A DNA stretch of 24,150 bases from Candidatus Hadarchaeales archaeon (GCA_038851565.1 JAWCKV010000011.1:1-24150), one strand, 5' to 3'. Shown: positions 8,504 through 17,916, counted from the first letter of the stretch. Translations and numbers: made by a program. Notes: generated by a model not told the origin, from the sequence alone.

Positions 8504-9571
8504 ATGATAAATGTTGCGATAGCGGGAGTTGGGAACTGCGCCTCGTCTCTAGTTCAGGGGGTGCACTACTACAGGAACGCGAGGGAGGACCAGTTTGTTC
8601 CCGGGCTCATGCACGTGAACTTCGGTGGCTACCACATACGCGACATCAGGTTTGTGGCGGCATTCGACGTTGATGCGAACAAGGTTGGGAAGGATCTGGC
8701 CGAGGCCATATTCACGCCGCCGAATTGCACGGTAAAGTTCAGCGAGGTACCCCCGCTCGGCGTCGAGGTGATGAAGGGGCCGGTGCTGGATGGGCTCGGA
8801 AAATATCTGAAGCCGGTTATACCAGTGGATCCCACCCAGGAGCCCGTGGACGTGGCAAAGGTTCTGGAGGAAAAAAATGTCGATGTCCTGATAAGCTACC
8901 TCCCGGTGGGGAGCTACCAGGCCTCGCGGTTCTACGCGGAGCAGGCGCTGAAGGCGGGCTGCGGATACATAAACTGCATCCCGGAGTTCATCGTGTCAAG
9001 CAGGGAGTGGGCTAGGCGCTTCGAGGAGGCAGGGCTTCCTTGCGCCGGAGATGACATAAAATCGCAGGTGGGGGCCACCATATTGCACAGAACCCTCACA
9101 AAGCTGTTGATCGACCGCGGTGTGAGGTTGGAGGAGAGCTACCAGCTGAACGTGGGAGGAAACACGGACTTCCTGAACATGCTGGAGGAGGAGCGCCTCA
9201 GCTCGAAGCGCATCAGCAAAACCGAGGCGGTTTCGAGCCAGATCCCCTACGAAGTCCCGCTCCGTATCGGTCCGAGTGATTACGTGCCCTTCCTCAAGGA
9301 CAACAAGGTATGCTATATCCACATACGGGGAAGAAAGTTTGGTGACGTGCCCCTGACGATAGACGTCAAGCTTTCGGTTGAGGATTCGCCTAATAGCGCG
9401 GGCGTGGTGATAGACGCAATAAGGGCGGTGAAGCTTGCGCTGGACAGGGGCATAGGCGGCCCGCTGGTGGGCGTCTCTGCGTATTTCTTCAAGCATCCGC
9501 CCGTGCAGATGACCGACGATGAGGCGAAGCGGGCGGTGGAGGACTTCATAGCGGGAAGGAGGAGAAACTGA
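8504..9571 (+). CDS. ino1: myo-inositol-1(3)-phosphate synthase
   Basis: [55 protein letters not shown] and EDSPNSAG. Confidence 0.96.
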   Translation: MINVAIAGVGNCASSLVQGVHYYRNAREDQFVPGLMHVNFGGYHIRDIRFVAAFDVDANKVGKDLAEAIFTPPNCTVKFSEVPPLGVEVMKGPVLDGLGKYLKPVIPVDPTQEPVDVAKVLEEKNVDVLISYLPVGSYQASRFYAEQALKAGCGYINCIPEFIVSSREWARRFEEAGLPCAGDDIKSQVGATILHRTLTKLLIDRGVRLEESYQLNVGGNTDFLNMLEEERLSSKRISKTEAVSSQIPYEVPLRIGPSDYVPFLKDNKVCYIHIRGRKFGDVPLTIDVKLSVEDSPNSAGVVIDAIRAVKLALDRGIGGPLVGVSAYFFKHPPVQMTDDEAKRAVEDFIAGRRRN

Positions 9572-10470
9572 TGGTCGAGGAGTACGTGCCGGATTTCGTG
9601 GTAGTCGGGCACGTGGCCATAGACACCAACAGGTTCCCCCATGGAGTTATAGAAAGCATTCTGGGCGGCGCCCCGACCTACACCGGCCTTGCCCTTGCTG
9701 CGCTCAGCAAAAGGGTCGGCATAGTGAGCAAGGTCGGAGTGGACTTCACCGAGCAGTTCCCGCCGATATACAGGAAGCTTGGGATAGACACGGAGGGGCT
9801 GATGGTCTCCGGGGAGCACACGACCGCCTTTGAAAACATATATGATGAGTCCGGGAACAGAAGGCAGTTCTGCAGGCACATAGCGCCCCCGATTGCCCCG
9901 GATGACATCCCGGAGAGCTACAGAAGGGCGAAGGGATTTTACGTTTCCCCCCTCCTGAACGAGATATCGCCTGAGACGCTTGAGGCGCTGGCTGAGAGGT
10001 CAACCGTGGTGATGGATCCCCAGGGTCTTTTCAGGAGGGTTGAGGCGGACGGGAGCGTTAGCATAAGGAGGGATGTAGATCTGAGGCCGTACCTGAAGCA
10101 TGTGGACGTGGTGAAGGTTGGAAAGGAGGAGGCTAAGCTCATCATGGATAGCCCGAAAGAACTCCTAGAAAGGCTTTGTGGCATGGGGCCCGTGGTTGCG
10201 GTGCTGACCAGGGGGGAGGAACCGGTGATCATGATGCACAACGGAGAGATGCACACGATCAACACGCTGAGGGTAAAGGCGGTCGACGTTACAGGTGCAG
10301 GCGATGTTTTCGGAGGGGCGTTCATGGTAAGATACCTCGAAACGAGAAACCCGGTGGAGTCCGCCAGGTACGCGTGCGCGGCCGCAGGCCTGAAGATAAG
10401 ATACAGAGGACCTATAGGCTTTCCGTCCGATAAGGAGATCCTGGAATCGATGCGCAGGGGAACGGGTTAG
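9571..10470 (+). CDS. PfkB/ribokinase-family carbohydrate kinase (candidate myo-inositol kinase)
   Basis: VVGHVAID, LGGAPTY, MDPQG and DVTGAGDVFGGAF. Start overlaps the ino1 stop (TGATG). Confidence 0.88.
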   Translation: MVEEYVPDFVVVGHVAIDTNRFPHGVIESILGGAPTYTGLALAALSKRVGIVSKVGVDFTEQFPPIYRKLGIDTEGLMVSGEHTTAFENIYDESGNRRQFCRHIAPPIAPDDIPESYRRAKGFYVSPLLNEISPETLEALAERSTVVMDPQGLFRRVEADGSVSIRRDVDLRPYLKHVDVVKVGKEEAKLIMDSPKELLERLCGMGPVVAVLTRGEEPVIMMHNGEMHTINTLRVKAVDVTGAGDVFGGAFMVRYLETRNPVESARYACAAAGLKIRYRGPIGFPSDKEILESMRRGTG

Positions 10471-10471
10471 A

Positions 10472-11899
10472 TCAGTAGCTTCTCGCGATTAGCACCCAGC
10501 ACTTGGCGTCATTTGAGCATGCCACACATTTCTTTCCCTCAGGCCTCGTCCCGATCTCCTCTCCGAGCACCTTTCCGCCGGATGGTTCCTCTATCTTCAT
10601 CCCGCAGCTCTCGTCCCCGCACCAGGGCATCCTCACTATCTTCCCGTCCTCCGCCAGCCTCCTTCCCTCATCCACGCTTTCGGCCTCAGCAATTCTCTGC
10701 GAGAATAGGTTTCGCGCCCTCTCCCTCAGGGACACACAGATGTCCTCAAGAATGCGCTTTACCTCCTCGACCAGCCCTTCGACCGGTAAGGATAAGTGTT
10801 CTCCGCTGTCCCTCCTGACAGCGGTCACGCACCTTCGCTTTATGTCCTCGGGTCCTATCTCTATCCTGAGCGGCACCCCGTGCCTGTCCCAGTCGTAGAA
10901 CTTCCTGCCGGGCCTTATGTCCCTGAGGTCCAGGTGGGCCCTGAGCCCGGCCTCCATGAGTTTCTTAAAGACCTTCTCAGCTGCCTCGTTCACGGGGTCT
11001 GCCTTCTCCTTGTATGGTATCGGCACTATCACCACCTGGTAAGGGGCGATGTTTGGAGGAAAACAGGGGCCGAGGTCATCACCGTGCACGAATATTGTGG
11101 CCGCAATGACTCTTTCCGAGATTCCGTAGCAGGTCTGGTGTACGAACTCGTGGTCTCCGCTCAGGTTCTCGTACTTCAATCCATACACCTTTGCGAAGTT
11201 CTGTCCAAGGTTGTGCACGGTGCCTATCTGGAGCGTCCTTCCGTCCGGGCACAGGGTGTCAAACGCTATGGAGTAAACAGAGCCGGCGAACTTGTCCCAG
11301 CTCGGCCGCCTCGTTATCACGTAGGGGATGCCGAGCTCGTCGAAGAACCTCCGGTATATCCCCACGGCCTCATTCACCTGTCTTTCCGCGTCCTCTGCCG
11401 TGGCATGTGCTGTGTGGGCCTCCTTGAAGGTCGTCACCTCGCGCAGCCTGATCAGGGGCTTCGTCATCTTGGTCTCATACCTGAATATGTTGACCACCTG
11501 GTAGATCTTCAGAGGAAGGTCGGCATGGGAGCGTATCCAGAGCGAGAACATCGGGTAGATGGACGTCTCCGAGGTGGGGCGAAGCGCCAGCCTGACGTCC
11601 AGCTTGTCGTTGCCCCCGTGCGTGACCCAGTATACCTGTCCCTCGAACCCACGGATGTGCTCGGCTTCCTTCCTGAAGAGGTCCTCGGGTATCAGCAGCG
11701 GAAAGAGCACCTCCTTGTGGCCGGTCTCCTCCAGAAGCGAGCGCATGATGGATATGATCCTGTTCCTCAGGCTGAGCCCGTATGGCAGCCAGACGTAGAG
11801 CCCCTTAACCGGATAACGGGTGTCCATTATCTCAGCGTTCCATATCGTCTCGTCGAACCACTCGCTGAAGTTTCTCTGCCATCTCTCCCTATCTGGCAT
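10472..11899 (-). CDS. proS: Proline--tRNA ligase (archaeal/eukaryotic type)
   Basis: [46 protein letters not shown], a C-terminal Zn domain and terminal ARSY. Start taken at ATG 11899. Confidence 0.96.
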   Translation of the reverse strand: MPDRERWQRNFSEWFDETIWNAEIMDTRYPVKGLYVWLPYGLSLRNRIISIMRSLLEETGHKEVLFPLLIPEDLFRKEAEHIRGFEGQVYWVTHGGNDKLDVRLALRPTSETSIYPMFSLWIRSHADLPLKIYQVVNIFRYETKMTKPLIRLREVTTFKEAHTAHATAEDAERQVNEAVGIYRRFFDELGIPYVITRRPSWDKFAGSVYSIAFDTLCPDGRTLQIGTVHNLGQNFAKVYGLKYENLSGDHEFVHQTCYGISERVIAATIFVHGDDLGPCFPPNIAPYQVVIVPIPYKEKADPVNEAAEKVFKKLMEAGLRAHLDLRDIRPGRKFYDWDRHGVPLRIEIGPEDIKRRCVTAVRRDSGEHLSLPVEGLVEEVKRILEDICVSLRERARNLFSQRIAEAESVDEGRRLAEDGKIVRMPWCGDESCGMKIEEPSGGKVLGEEIGTRPEGKKCVACSNDAKCWVLIARSY

Positions 11900-12017
11900 C
11901 GAATCCCAGATGAATGTGGACAGGCAGCCTTTTAATGCTGAGGTATCGCACTTCCTTTCAGGCACTGCACCGGGCTCCAAAATTATTTAAAGCCGGGAAA
12001 ATAGGTGTTTTGAGAAC

Positions 12018-12452
12018 GTGCCGCGCGATGAGGAGATCCTGAAGGTCCTGAGGGAGATCAAGGCGCTTCTTGAGCCGAAGCCCGCACCGCCTGCACCACC
12101 GAGGAAGGGCATGAGGCAGGAGTTCATGGAGTTCCTGAAGAAGTACAAGGTGATGGGGCTTGCGGTGGCCTTCATAATGGGTGTCTATCTCGGTGCGCTT
12201 GTTCAATCGCTTGCAAAGGATCTGATCCTGCCGCTTATCGGGTTGATGGTTCCGGGGCTCGGCAACCTCTCCACTCTGAAGATAGCAGTTCCGCCGACAC
12301 CTCTCGATGCTCAGGGCAATCCCATAGATCCGAGCTGGAGCGGGCAGCTGTTTGGGGTAGGAAACTTCCTTTCGGCCCTCATAACTTTCATCATTGTCGC
12401 ATTCGTGATCTTTCTAATAGTGAAAGTAGTGAGCAAGTGGGGAGTAGAATAA
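12018..12452 (+). CDS. mscL: Large-conductance mechanosensitive channel family protein
   Basis: EFMEFLKKYKVMGLAVAFIMG (S1/TM1), DLILPLIG and GNFLSALITFIIVAFVIFLIVK (TM2). GTG start with upstream AGGTG and TTTAAA. Confidence 0.88.
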   Translation: MPRDEEILKVLREIKALLEPKPAPPAPPRKGMRQEFMEFLKKYKVMGLAVAFIMGVYLGALVQSLAKDLILPLIGLMVPGLGNLSTLKIAVPPTPLDAQGNPIDPSWSGQLFGVGNFLSALITFIIVAFVIFLIVKVVSKWGVE

Positions 12453-12510
12453 AACGGCACTGCGGGTATTTTAAACTTGAACAGGTAATCTGATAGGGGA
12501 CTACCGCACC

Positions 12511-13035
12511 ATGGTGGGGGAGAGGTTGAAGGCCATTTTGATAATAGCCCCTAAGGACTTCAGGGACGAGGAGTTCTTTCACACGAAGGAGGAGCTGGAG
12601 AGGGCTGGGATAAAGGTTGACGTGGCGAGCTCCAGGAAGGGGGAGGCAAGTGGAATGCTGGGGGGGTCGGTGATGGTGGGCCTCTCGCTGGACGAGGTAA
12701 AGCCTGAGGAATATGATGCATTGATCTTTGTGGGGGGAAGCGGTTCCTCAGTCTATTTCGATCACCGGGGTGCACTTTCGGCTGCGAGGAGGGCTCATGA
12801 TGCCGGCAGGGTAGTGGGCGCGATATGCATAGCTCCGGTGATACTGGCAAATGCCGGCATCCTCAGGGGAAAGAGGGCCACCGTGTGGGACGGGGATTTC
12901 GTGAGAATGATTGAGAGGGGCGGTGCAAAATACACCGGGAAGTCCGTGGAGATCGATGGAAGGACGGTGACAGCTAATGGACCAAGCGCGGCCAGAGAGT
13001 TCGGACGCGCCATAGCCAGGCTTCTGAAGGGATAG
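12511..13035 (+). CDS. DJ-1/PfpI family protein
   Basis: DFRDEEF (conserved Glu), YDALIFVGG, nucleophile GAICIAP and TANGP. Confidence 0.92.
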   Translation: MVGERLKAILIIAPKDFRDEEFFHTKEELERAGIKVDVASSRKGEASGMLGGSVMVGLSLDEVKPEEYDALIFVGGSGSSVYFDHRGALSAARRAHDAGRVVGAICIAPVILANAGILRGKRATVWDGDFVRMIERGGAKYTGKSVEIDGRTVTANGPSAAREFGRAIARLLKG

Positions 13036-13037
13036 CA

Positions 13038-14333
13038 TTGGCAGATATCCTAATAAAGGGCGGACTGATCCTGCCCATGACGAGCGATTCCTTCCTCAGG
13101 GGATATTCGATACTGGTGGAGGACGGCAAGATAGTGTCAGTTGGCAGGTCCATCAAAGAGAAGGCCGATGAGGTCATCGACGCGAGAGGGAAGCTGGTGA
13201 TGCCCGGGCTCGTGAATGCACACACCCACCTCCCCATGGTGCTATTCCGAGGCGTTGCGGACGACATGGATCTCATGCCGTGGCTGCAGACCAAGATATG
13301 GCCGCTGGAGAAGAAGCTCAACCCGGGGAGGGTATATGCAGGCTCTCTCCTTGGGTGCCTTGAGATGATAAGGACCGGCACCACGTGCTTCGCCGATATG
13401 TACTTCTTCATGGAGGAGGTTGCCAGGGCAGTTGATGAGTCTGGACTGAGGGGGGTCCTTTCCTACGGGATAATAGAGAAGGGCTCATCGGTCCTGCGCG
13501 GGCTCGAGCTGAGAAAAAGCCGGAACTTCATAAGAAAATGGCACGGAAGGGCTGGAGGAAGGATAACCGCCATGTTAGGGCCCCACTCTACCTACACCTG
13601 CTCCGAAAGGTGTCTTAGGGAGGTGAAGGAGCTGGCCGGGGAGCTCGGGGTGGGAATCCACATACACCTCGCGGAGAACGATGACGATGTGAGGGAGACC
13701 AGGAGGCTCACCGGGGAGACCCCCGTGAAGTTCCTCCAAAAAATAGGATTTCTCGGGCCAGAGGTGCTGGCAGCGCACTGCGTGAAGGTGAACTCCGAGG
13801 AGGTTCAGATCCTGAGCAGAACCGGGACGAACGTGGTACACAACCCCACGAGCAACATGAAGCTCGCCTCGGGTATGGCACCGGTTGCCAGGTACATCAG
13901 GGCGGGGGTCAACATGTGTCTGGGAACCGATGGGGCAGCCAGCAACAACAGCCTCGACATGTTCTGGGAGATGAAGGCCTGCGCCCTGATGGCAAAGGTC
14001 AGGGAAAACGATCCCAAGGTTGTAAGCGCTCCGGAGGTGCTGAGGATGGCCACGGTCAACGGCGCCAGGGCTCTGGGACTCGGGGATTTGGGCACGATAA
14101 AACCGGGTAACAGGTGCGACATCATAGTGGTGGATCTGAACGCGCCGCATCTCAGGCCGCTCCACAACCCGGCTTCCCACATGGTGTACTCCGCCAAGGG
14201 GAGCGATGTGGACACCGTTATAGTGAACGGAAGGTTAGTTATGAGGGAAAGGGAAATCCTGACGCTGAATGAGGAGAAGGTGATGAGGATGGCGGAGAAG
14301 GCATCGATGGAGCTGGTGGGGGGTAAAAGGTGA
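13038..14333 (+). CDS. Amidohydrolase: 5'-deoxyadenosine/MTA/SAH deaminase (DadD/MtaD-like)
   Basis: PGLVNAHTH, FRGVADD, EMIRTGTTCFADMYF, HIHLAE, AHCV, HNPTSNMKLASG and GTDGAASNN. TTG start, coupled to ahcY. Confidence 0.88.
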   Translation: MADILIKGGLILPMTSDSFLRGYSILVEDGKIVSVGRSIKEKADEVIDARGKLVMPGLVNAHTHLPMVLFRGVADDMDLMPWLQTKIWPLEKKLNPGRVYAGSLLGCLEMIRTGTTCFADMYFFMEEVARAVDESGLRGVLSYGIIEKGSSVLRGLELRKSRNFIRKWHGRAGGRITAMLGPHSTYTCSERCLREVKELAGELGVGIHIHLAENDDDVRETRRLTGETPVKFLQKIGFLGPEVLAAHCVKVNSEEVQILSRTGTNVVHNPTSNMKLASGMAPVARYIRAGVNMCLGTDGAASNNSLDMFWEMKACALMAKVRENDPKVVSAPEVLRMATVNGARALGLGDLGTIKPGNRCDIIVVDLNAPHLRPLHNPASHMVYSAKGSDVDTVIVNGRLVMREREILTLNEEKVMRMAEKASMELVGGKR

Positions 14334-15583
14334 GAATCGACGTGAAGGCCCTGGCACCGCTTGGGAAGAGGAGGATAGAGTGGGTTGAGAGGCACATGCC
14401 GGTTCTGATGGGCATAAGGAATGAGATGAGGAGAAACAAACCGCTGCGTGGGCTGAGGGTTGGGATGACCCTACATGTCGAGGCAAAGACCGCTGCCCTC
14501 GTCAGGACCCTGGCGGCTGCGGGCGCAGAGGTTGCAATATCTGGCTGTAACCCGCTGTCGACGAAGGATGAGGTTGTGGCCGCCCTCCTCTCCGAGGGGA
14601 TAAACGCCTACGCCTGGAGGGGGCAGAGCAACAGGGATTACTATGCCAACCTGAACAGGGTGCTTGACCATAGGCCCGATATTCTGATAGATGACGGTGC
14701 GGATCTCATAACGGCCGTTCACACAAAAAGGAGGGAGCTTTTGGGAAAGATCATAGGCGCGTGCGAGGAAACCACCACCGGAGTCATCAGGCTGAGGGCA
14801 ATGGCCAGGGAGGGAAAGCTGGAGTTTCCGGTCATCGCTGTGAACGACACGCCGGCGAAGAGACTTTTCGACAACAGGTTCGGGACTGCCGAATCCACGC
14901 TTCAGGGGATAATGACCGCCACGAACACCATGATCGCGGGGAAGGAGGTAGTCGTGGTTGGCTACGGGTTCGTGGGAAGGGGTATAGCGTCGAGGGCCAG
15001 GGGACTGGGGGCGATCGTCACGGTGGTGGAGACCGACCCAATAAGAGCGCTGGAAGCGGCGATGGAGGGCTTCAGGGTGGAGACGATGGCGCAGGCCGCC
15101 CCCAAGGGAGACATATTCATAACGACGACCGGCAGCATCAACGTGATAAGGGGAAAGCACATGGAGAGGATGAAGGACGGGGCGATACTTGCGAACGCGG
15201 GTCATTTCAATGTTGAGATAAGCAGGAGGGACCTTGAGGGGTTGTCGGTCTCGAGGAGGCGGATACTGGAGGATGTGGAGGAGTTCCGGCTCAGGAACGG
15301 CAGGAGGATATACCTTCTTGCGGAGGGGAGGCTCGTCAACCTCGCGGGGAGAACTTCGCTGGGGCATCCGATGGAGATAATGGACATGAGCTTCTCACTT
15401 CAGGCGCTGTGCGCGGCCCATCTGGCAAAGCACGGCAAAGAGCTCGAGCCGATGGTCCACGATGTCCCGGAGGAGATAGACAGAAAGGTTGCAGAGCTGA
15501 AACTGCGGGCGCTCGGGATCAGCCTAGAAAAGCTTACGCCGGAGCAGGTCAAATATGCCAGATCCTGGGCGGCCGGGACCTGA
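14330..15583 (+). CDS. ahcY: Adenosylhomocysteinase family, likely S-inosyl-L-homocysteine-accepting
   Basis: HMPVL, LHVEAKT, NPLST, DDGAD, EETTTG, FDNRFGT, GYGFVGRG, NAGHF, GRLVNL and GHPMEIMDMSF. GTGA overlap with the deaminase stop. Confidence 0.95.
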   Translation: MRIDVKALAPLGKRRIEWVERHMPVLMGIRNEMRRNKPLRGLRVGMTLHVEAKTAALVRTLAAAGAEVAISGCNPLSTKDEVVAALLSEGINAYAWRGQSNRDYYANLNRVLDHRPDILIDDGADLITAVHTKRRELLGKIIGACEETTTGVIRLRAMAREGKLEFPVIAVNDTPAKRLFDNRFGTAESTLQGIMTATNTMIAGKEVVVVGYGFVGRGIASRARGLGAIVTVVETDPIRALEAAMEGFRVETMAQAAPKGDIFITTTGSINVIRGKHMERMKDGAILANAGHFNVEISRRDLEGLSVSRRRILEDVEEFRLRNGRRIYLLAEGRLVNLAGRTSLGHPMEIMDMSFSLQALCAAHLAKHGKELEPMVHDVPEEIDRKVAELKLRALGISLEKLTPEQVKYARSWAAGT

Positions 15584-15718
15584 TGATATCTCGGTAAATT
15601 GCTCTGATCATCATAACAGCAATTTCACGCTTACAGCTTATTATCAAAGACTCGGCTAGTTTCAAGTAGCTCAGGGCTCGCAGAACAAGAATTCACGAAT
15701 GTAGGAATGTAACGCAAA

Positions 15719-16972
15719 CTAACCGACCTTGAACCTCAGCATCGCGGCTAGACCCTTGAACGCGACCTGGAGCTGTTTTCCTTCCTCGGTGTCAGTGGAG
15801 ATGAACTCGGTCTTCGTCCCGAACCTCTCAGCAATCTCAAGCAGCTCCTGAACGACATCCCTGCTTGAGGCCACGATGAGCCTGTTCTCAGAACACACCG
15901 GGCATGCCCTCCCCTGCAGGCGTTTTGAGTACGCCTCTAGATTTTCCGTTGTTTCCTGCATGGTGTGGCCGCAGGACTCGCATCTCACCTCAACCCTTAT
16001 CTCCCTGAGGCCCTCGGAGATCAGGAGGAGTTCGACGGAACCCCTTTCCAGGGACTCCCTCACGTCCCTCTCCCCGTATGCCACCAGCCCCCTTCCGGCC
16101 ACGAGCTCCTCCATGAAGCGCCTCATAAGCTCCTTCTCCTTTGTTATCTCAAGGTCGGTCAGGATCTCGCCAGCCTTGCCCACGACCTCCTTCACCCCCT
16201 GCTCGTCGGTGTATCCGGTGTCGAGCACTCCCGCGACCTTCTTCTTCACGTCCTCCCTGAGAAGCCCGCTGTTCAAGAAGTCCTCCTTGGTTGGCCCCGG
16301 CCCTCCCACGAGTATTGCCCTCAGGTCCGGTATCTGGCTGAAGATCTCGTTTGCGGTCTCAGCAACCCTCTTAGAGTACTCGTGCGCCGCTATCTCCCTC
16401 AGCCGCTCAAAGCGCCTCGAGCTCTGCCCCCCCTTGCTGTGCTTTCCCGGAACCGCGGATGTCATCTTTCTCACTATGTCCACGTGCTTGCCGCGAAGGG
16501 TCGCTATGGTGGCCTCCCTCCTGTCCATTACAAGTATGCCTATCGTTTCCTTTACCTGCATCATCTCCCAAAGCGGGTCCAGCACGAACTGCTGGTCGCA
16601 CCTGTACATTCTGACCGTTATCGGCTCCGGCGGCTCTATCCAGTACAGCTGGATGTCCGTCACGTCCTCCCTGCCCGCCACGTTGCCGCAGAATATGGCC
16701 ATCCCGTGAGGAGGGGGCTTGCGGTTTGTTTCCATGTAGGTTCTCAGAAACTGTATTATCCTTTCAAGAGCGCTCAGGACATTTTTCCTGGTGCTCTTGG
16801 ATTTTATATTTGAGGCCGTGCCCTGTTCCTCCCTCAGCTGCTGCATCACCCTTGCGATGTCAGTGTCGGGGGGTATGTACACGGATATCAGCTCGGTCCC
16901 GCTTCCCCTCTTTGCCGCAAGGTCCTCGACCATCCTCCTGAACCTGTACATGGTCCTGCTGTCGGCTGGCAT
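15719..16972 (-). CDS. prf1: Archaeal peptide chain release factor aRF1
   Basis: GTELISVYIP, TASNIKS, YRCDQQF, GKHSKGGQS and a Zn-ribbon minidomain (CESC...CPVC). Real start ATG 16972; the upstream extension in the ORF track is antisense to pyrH. Confidence 0.96.
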   Translation of the reverse strand: MPADSRTMYRFRRMVEDLAAKRGSGTELISVYIPPDTDIARVMQQLREEQGTASNIKSKSTRKNVLSALERIIQFLRTYMETNRKPPPHGMAIFCGNVAGREDVTDIQLYWIEPPEPITVRMYRCDQQFVLDPLWEMMQVKETIGILVMDRREATIATLRGKHVDIVRKMTSAVPGKHSKGGQSSRRFERLREIAAHEYSKRVAETANEIFSQIPDLRAILVGGPGPTKEDFLNSGLLREDVKKKVAGVLDTGYTDEQGVKEVVGKAGEILTDLEITKEKELMRRFMEELVAGRGLVAYGERDVRESLERGSVELLLISEGLREIRVEVRCESCGHTMQETTENLEAYSKRLQGRACPVCSENRLIVASSRDVVQELLEIAERFGTKTEFISTDTEEGKQLQVAFKGLAAMLRFKVG

Positions 16973-17036
16973 GAAATCCCAGATAAATCTCCCGCAGAAG
17001 GTTAATAATACGATGCGAAATGTTGATTGGAGTCGC

Positions 17037-17729
17037 ATGAGGGTTACCGTGTGTGTTGGGGGATCGATACTCGCCCCAAATGGTCCAGATGTTGAGTGCA
17101 TTTCTGAAATCGCAAAGGCCCTGGCCATGCTGAAATCCGACAGGCACGAGGTCCTGGTGGTCACGGGTGGGGGGGGAACGGCTAGGGTGTACATAGAAGC
17201 CGGAAAGCAGCTCAACCTTTCAAGTTCAAGGCTGGACATGCTGGGGATAGATGTGACCCGTCTGAACGCGCGTATGCTGATAATGGCGCTGGGCGATCTT
17301 GCCGAACCAGAGCCGGTTAAAACGTTTGAGGATGCCATCCAGATATCCCTCAGGAACAAGATCCCGGTAATGGGGGGCACGATGCCGGGACAGACGACTG
17401 ACGCAGTGGCCGCAATGCTTGCAAAGGCAAGCGCCTCCGATCTCCTTATATTCATATCTGACGTGGATGGAATCTACACGACAGACCCGAAAAGGGACCC
17501 GTCAGCAAGGAAGATAGAGCGCATGACAAACAAAGAGCTTGCTGCCCAGTTCGGCTTGGTGAAGGGAGAACCTGGCATGAGAACCCCAGTAGACCCTGTT
17601 GCGGCCAGGATAATAGAGCGTCTAAAGGTGCGCACCGTCTTCATAGGAAAGGGAGAGATAAGGCGGCTGAGGGAGATAGTGAGGGGAGAACCCCACAGCG
17701 GCACAACCGTCGTGCCCCTGGACGATTAA
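17037..17729 (+). CDS. pyrH: Uridylate kinase (archaeal type)
   Basis: VGGS, VVTGGGGTARVYI, DMLGIDVTRLNA, MGGTMPGQTTDAVAA, DVDGIYTTDPK and DPVAA. Start ATG 17037. Confidence 0.94.
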   Translation: MRVTVCVGGSILAPNGPDVECISEIAKALAMLKSDRHEVLVVTGGGGTARVYIEAGKQLNLSSSRLDMLGIDVTRLNARMLIMALGDLAEPEPVKTFEDAIQISLRNKIPVMGGTMPGQTTDAVAAMLAKASASDLLIFISDVDGIYTTDPKRDPSARKIERMTNKELAAQFGLVKGEPGMRTPVDPVAARIIERLKVRTVFIGKGEIRRLREIVRGEPHSGTTVVPLDD

Positions 17730-17772
17730 ATCCATAGACTTATATGTAATGGAGCTCTTCTCTAGTGAGACA

Positions 17773-17901
17773 ATGGTCAAGAAAAAGGGAGAGAAATACA
17801 GGTGTGAGGTCTGCGGACTCGTGGTCGTGGTTGACCAAAACTGTAACTGCAAGGAATGCGATATAATTTGCTGCAACGCTCCGCTGAAGAAGGTTAAATA
17901 G
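17773..17901 (+). CDS. Cys-rich desulforedoxin-like microprotein, 42 aa (not in the ORF track)
   Basis: Manual translation MVKKKGEKYRCEVCGLVVVVDQNCNCKECDIICCNAPLKKVK shows the G-x2-Y-x-C-x2-C-G...CC-x2-P desulforedoxin pattern. Upstream TTATATG and GTGAG; directly precedes the reductase gene. Confidence 0.8.
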   Translation: MVKKKGEKYRCEVCGLVVVVDQNCNCKECDIICCNAPLKKVK

Positions 17902-17916
17902 GCCAAGAGATTGTCT

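Noticed and set aside
10796..11935. Long antisense ORFs (379 aa opposite proS; also 3369-4370, 14471-15367, 15876-16813, 20792-21565, 23037-23798)
   Set aside because: Shadow ORFs of GC-rich, well-identified genes, with no recognisable motifs and atypical composition.
15719..16972. Possible stop-codon reassignment signalled by aRF1
   Set aside because: NIKS, YxCxxxF and GGQ are canonical. TAA, TAG and TGA all terminate genes here, and no in-frame stops interrupt conserved genes.
16973..17455. Apparent 160-aa N-terminal extension on aRF1 (578-aa ORF) and the reciprocal extension on pyrH (from 16791)
   Set aside because: These are antisense read-through of the divergent neighbour. Homology begins at ATG 16972 and ATG 17037, with an AT-rich promoter region between them.
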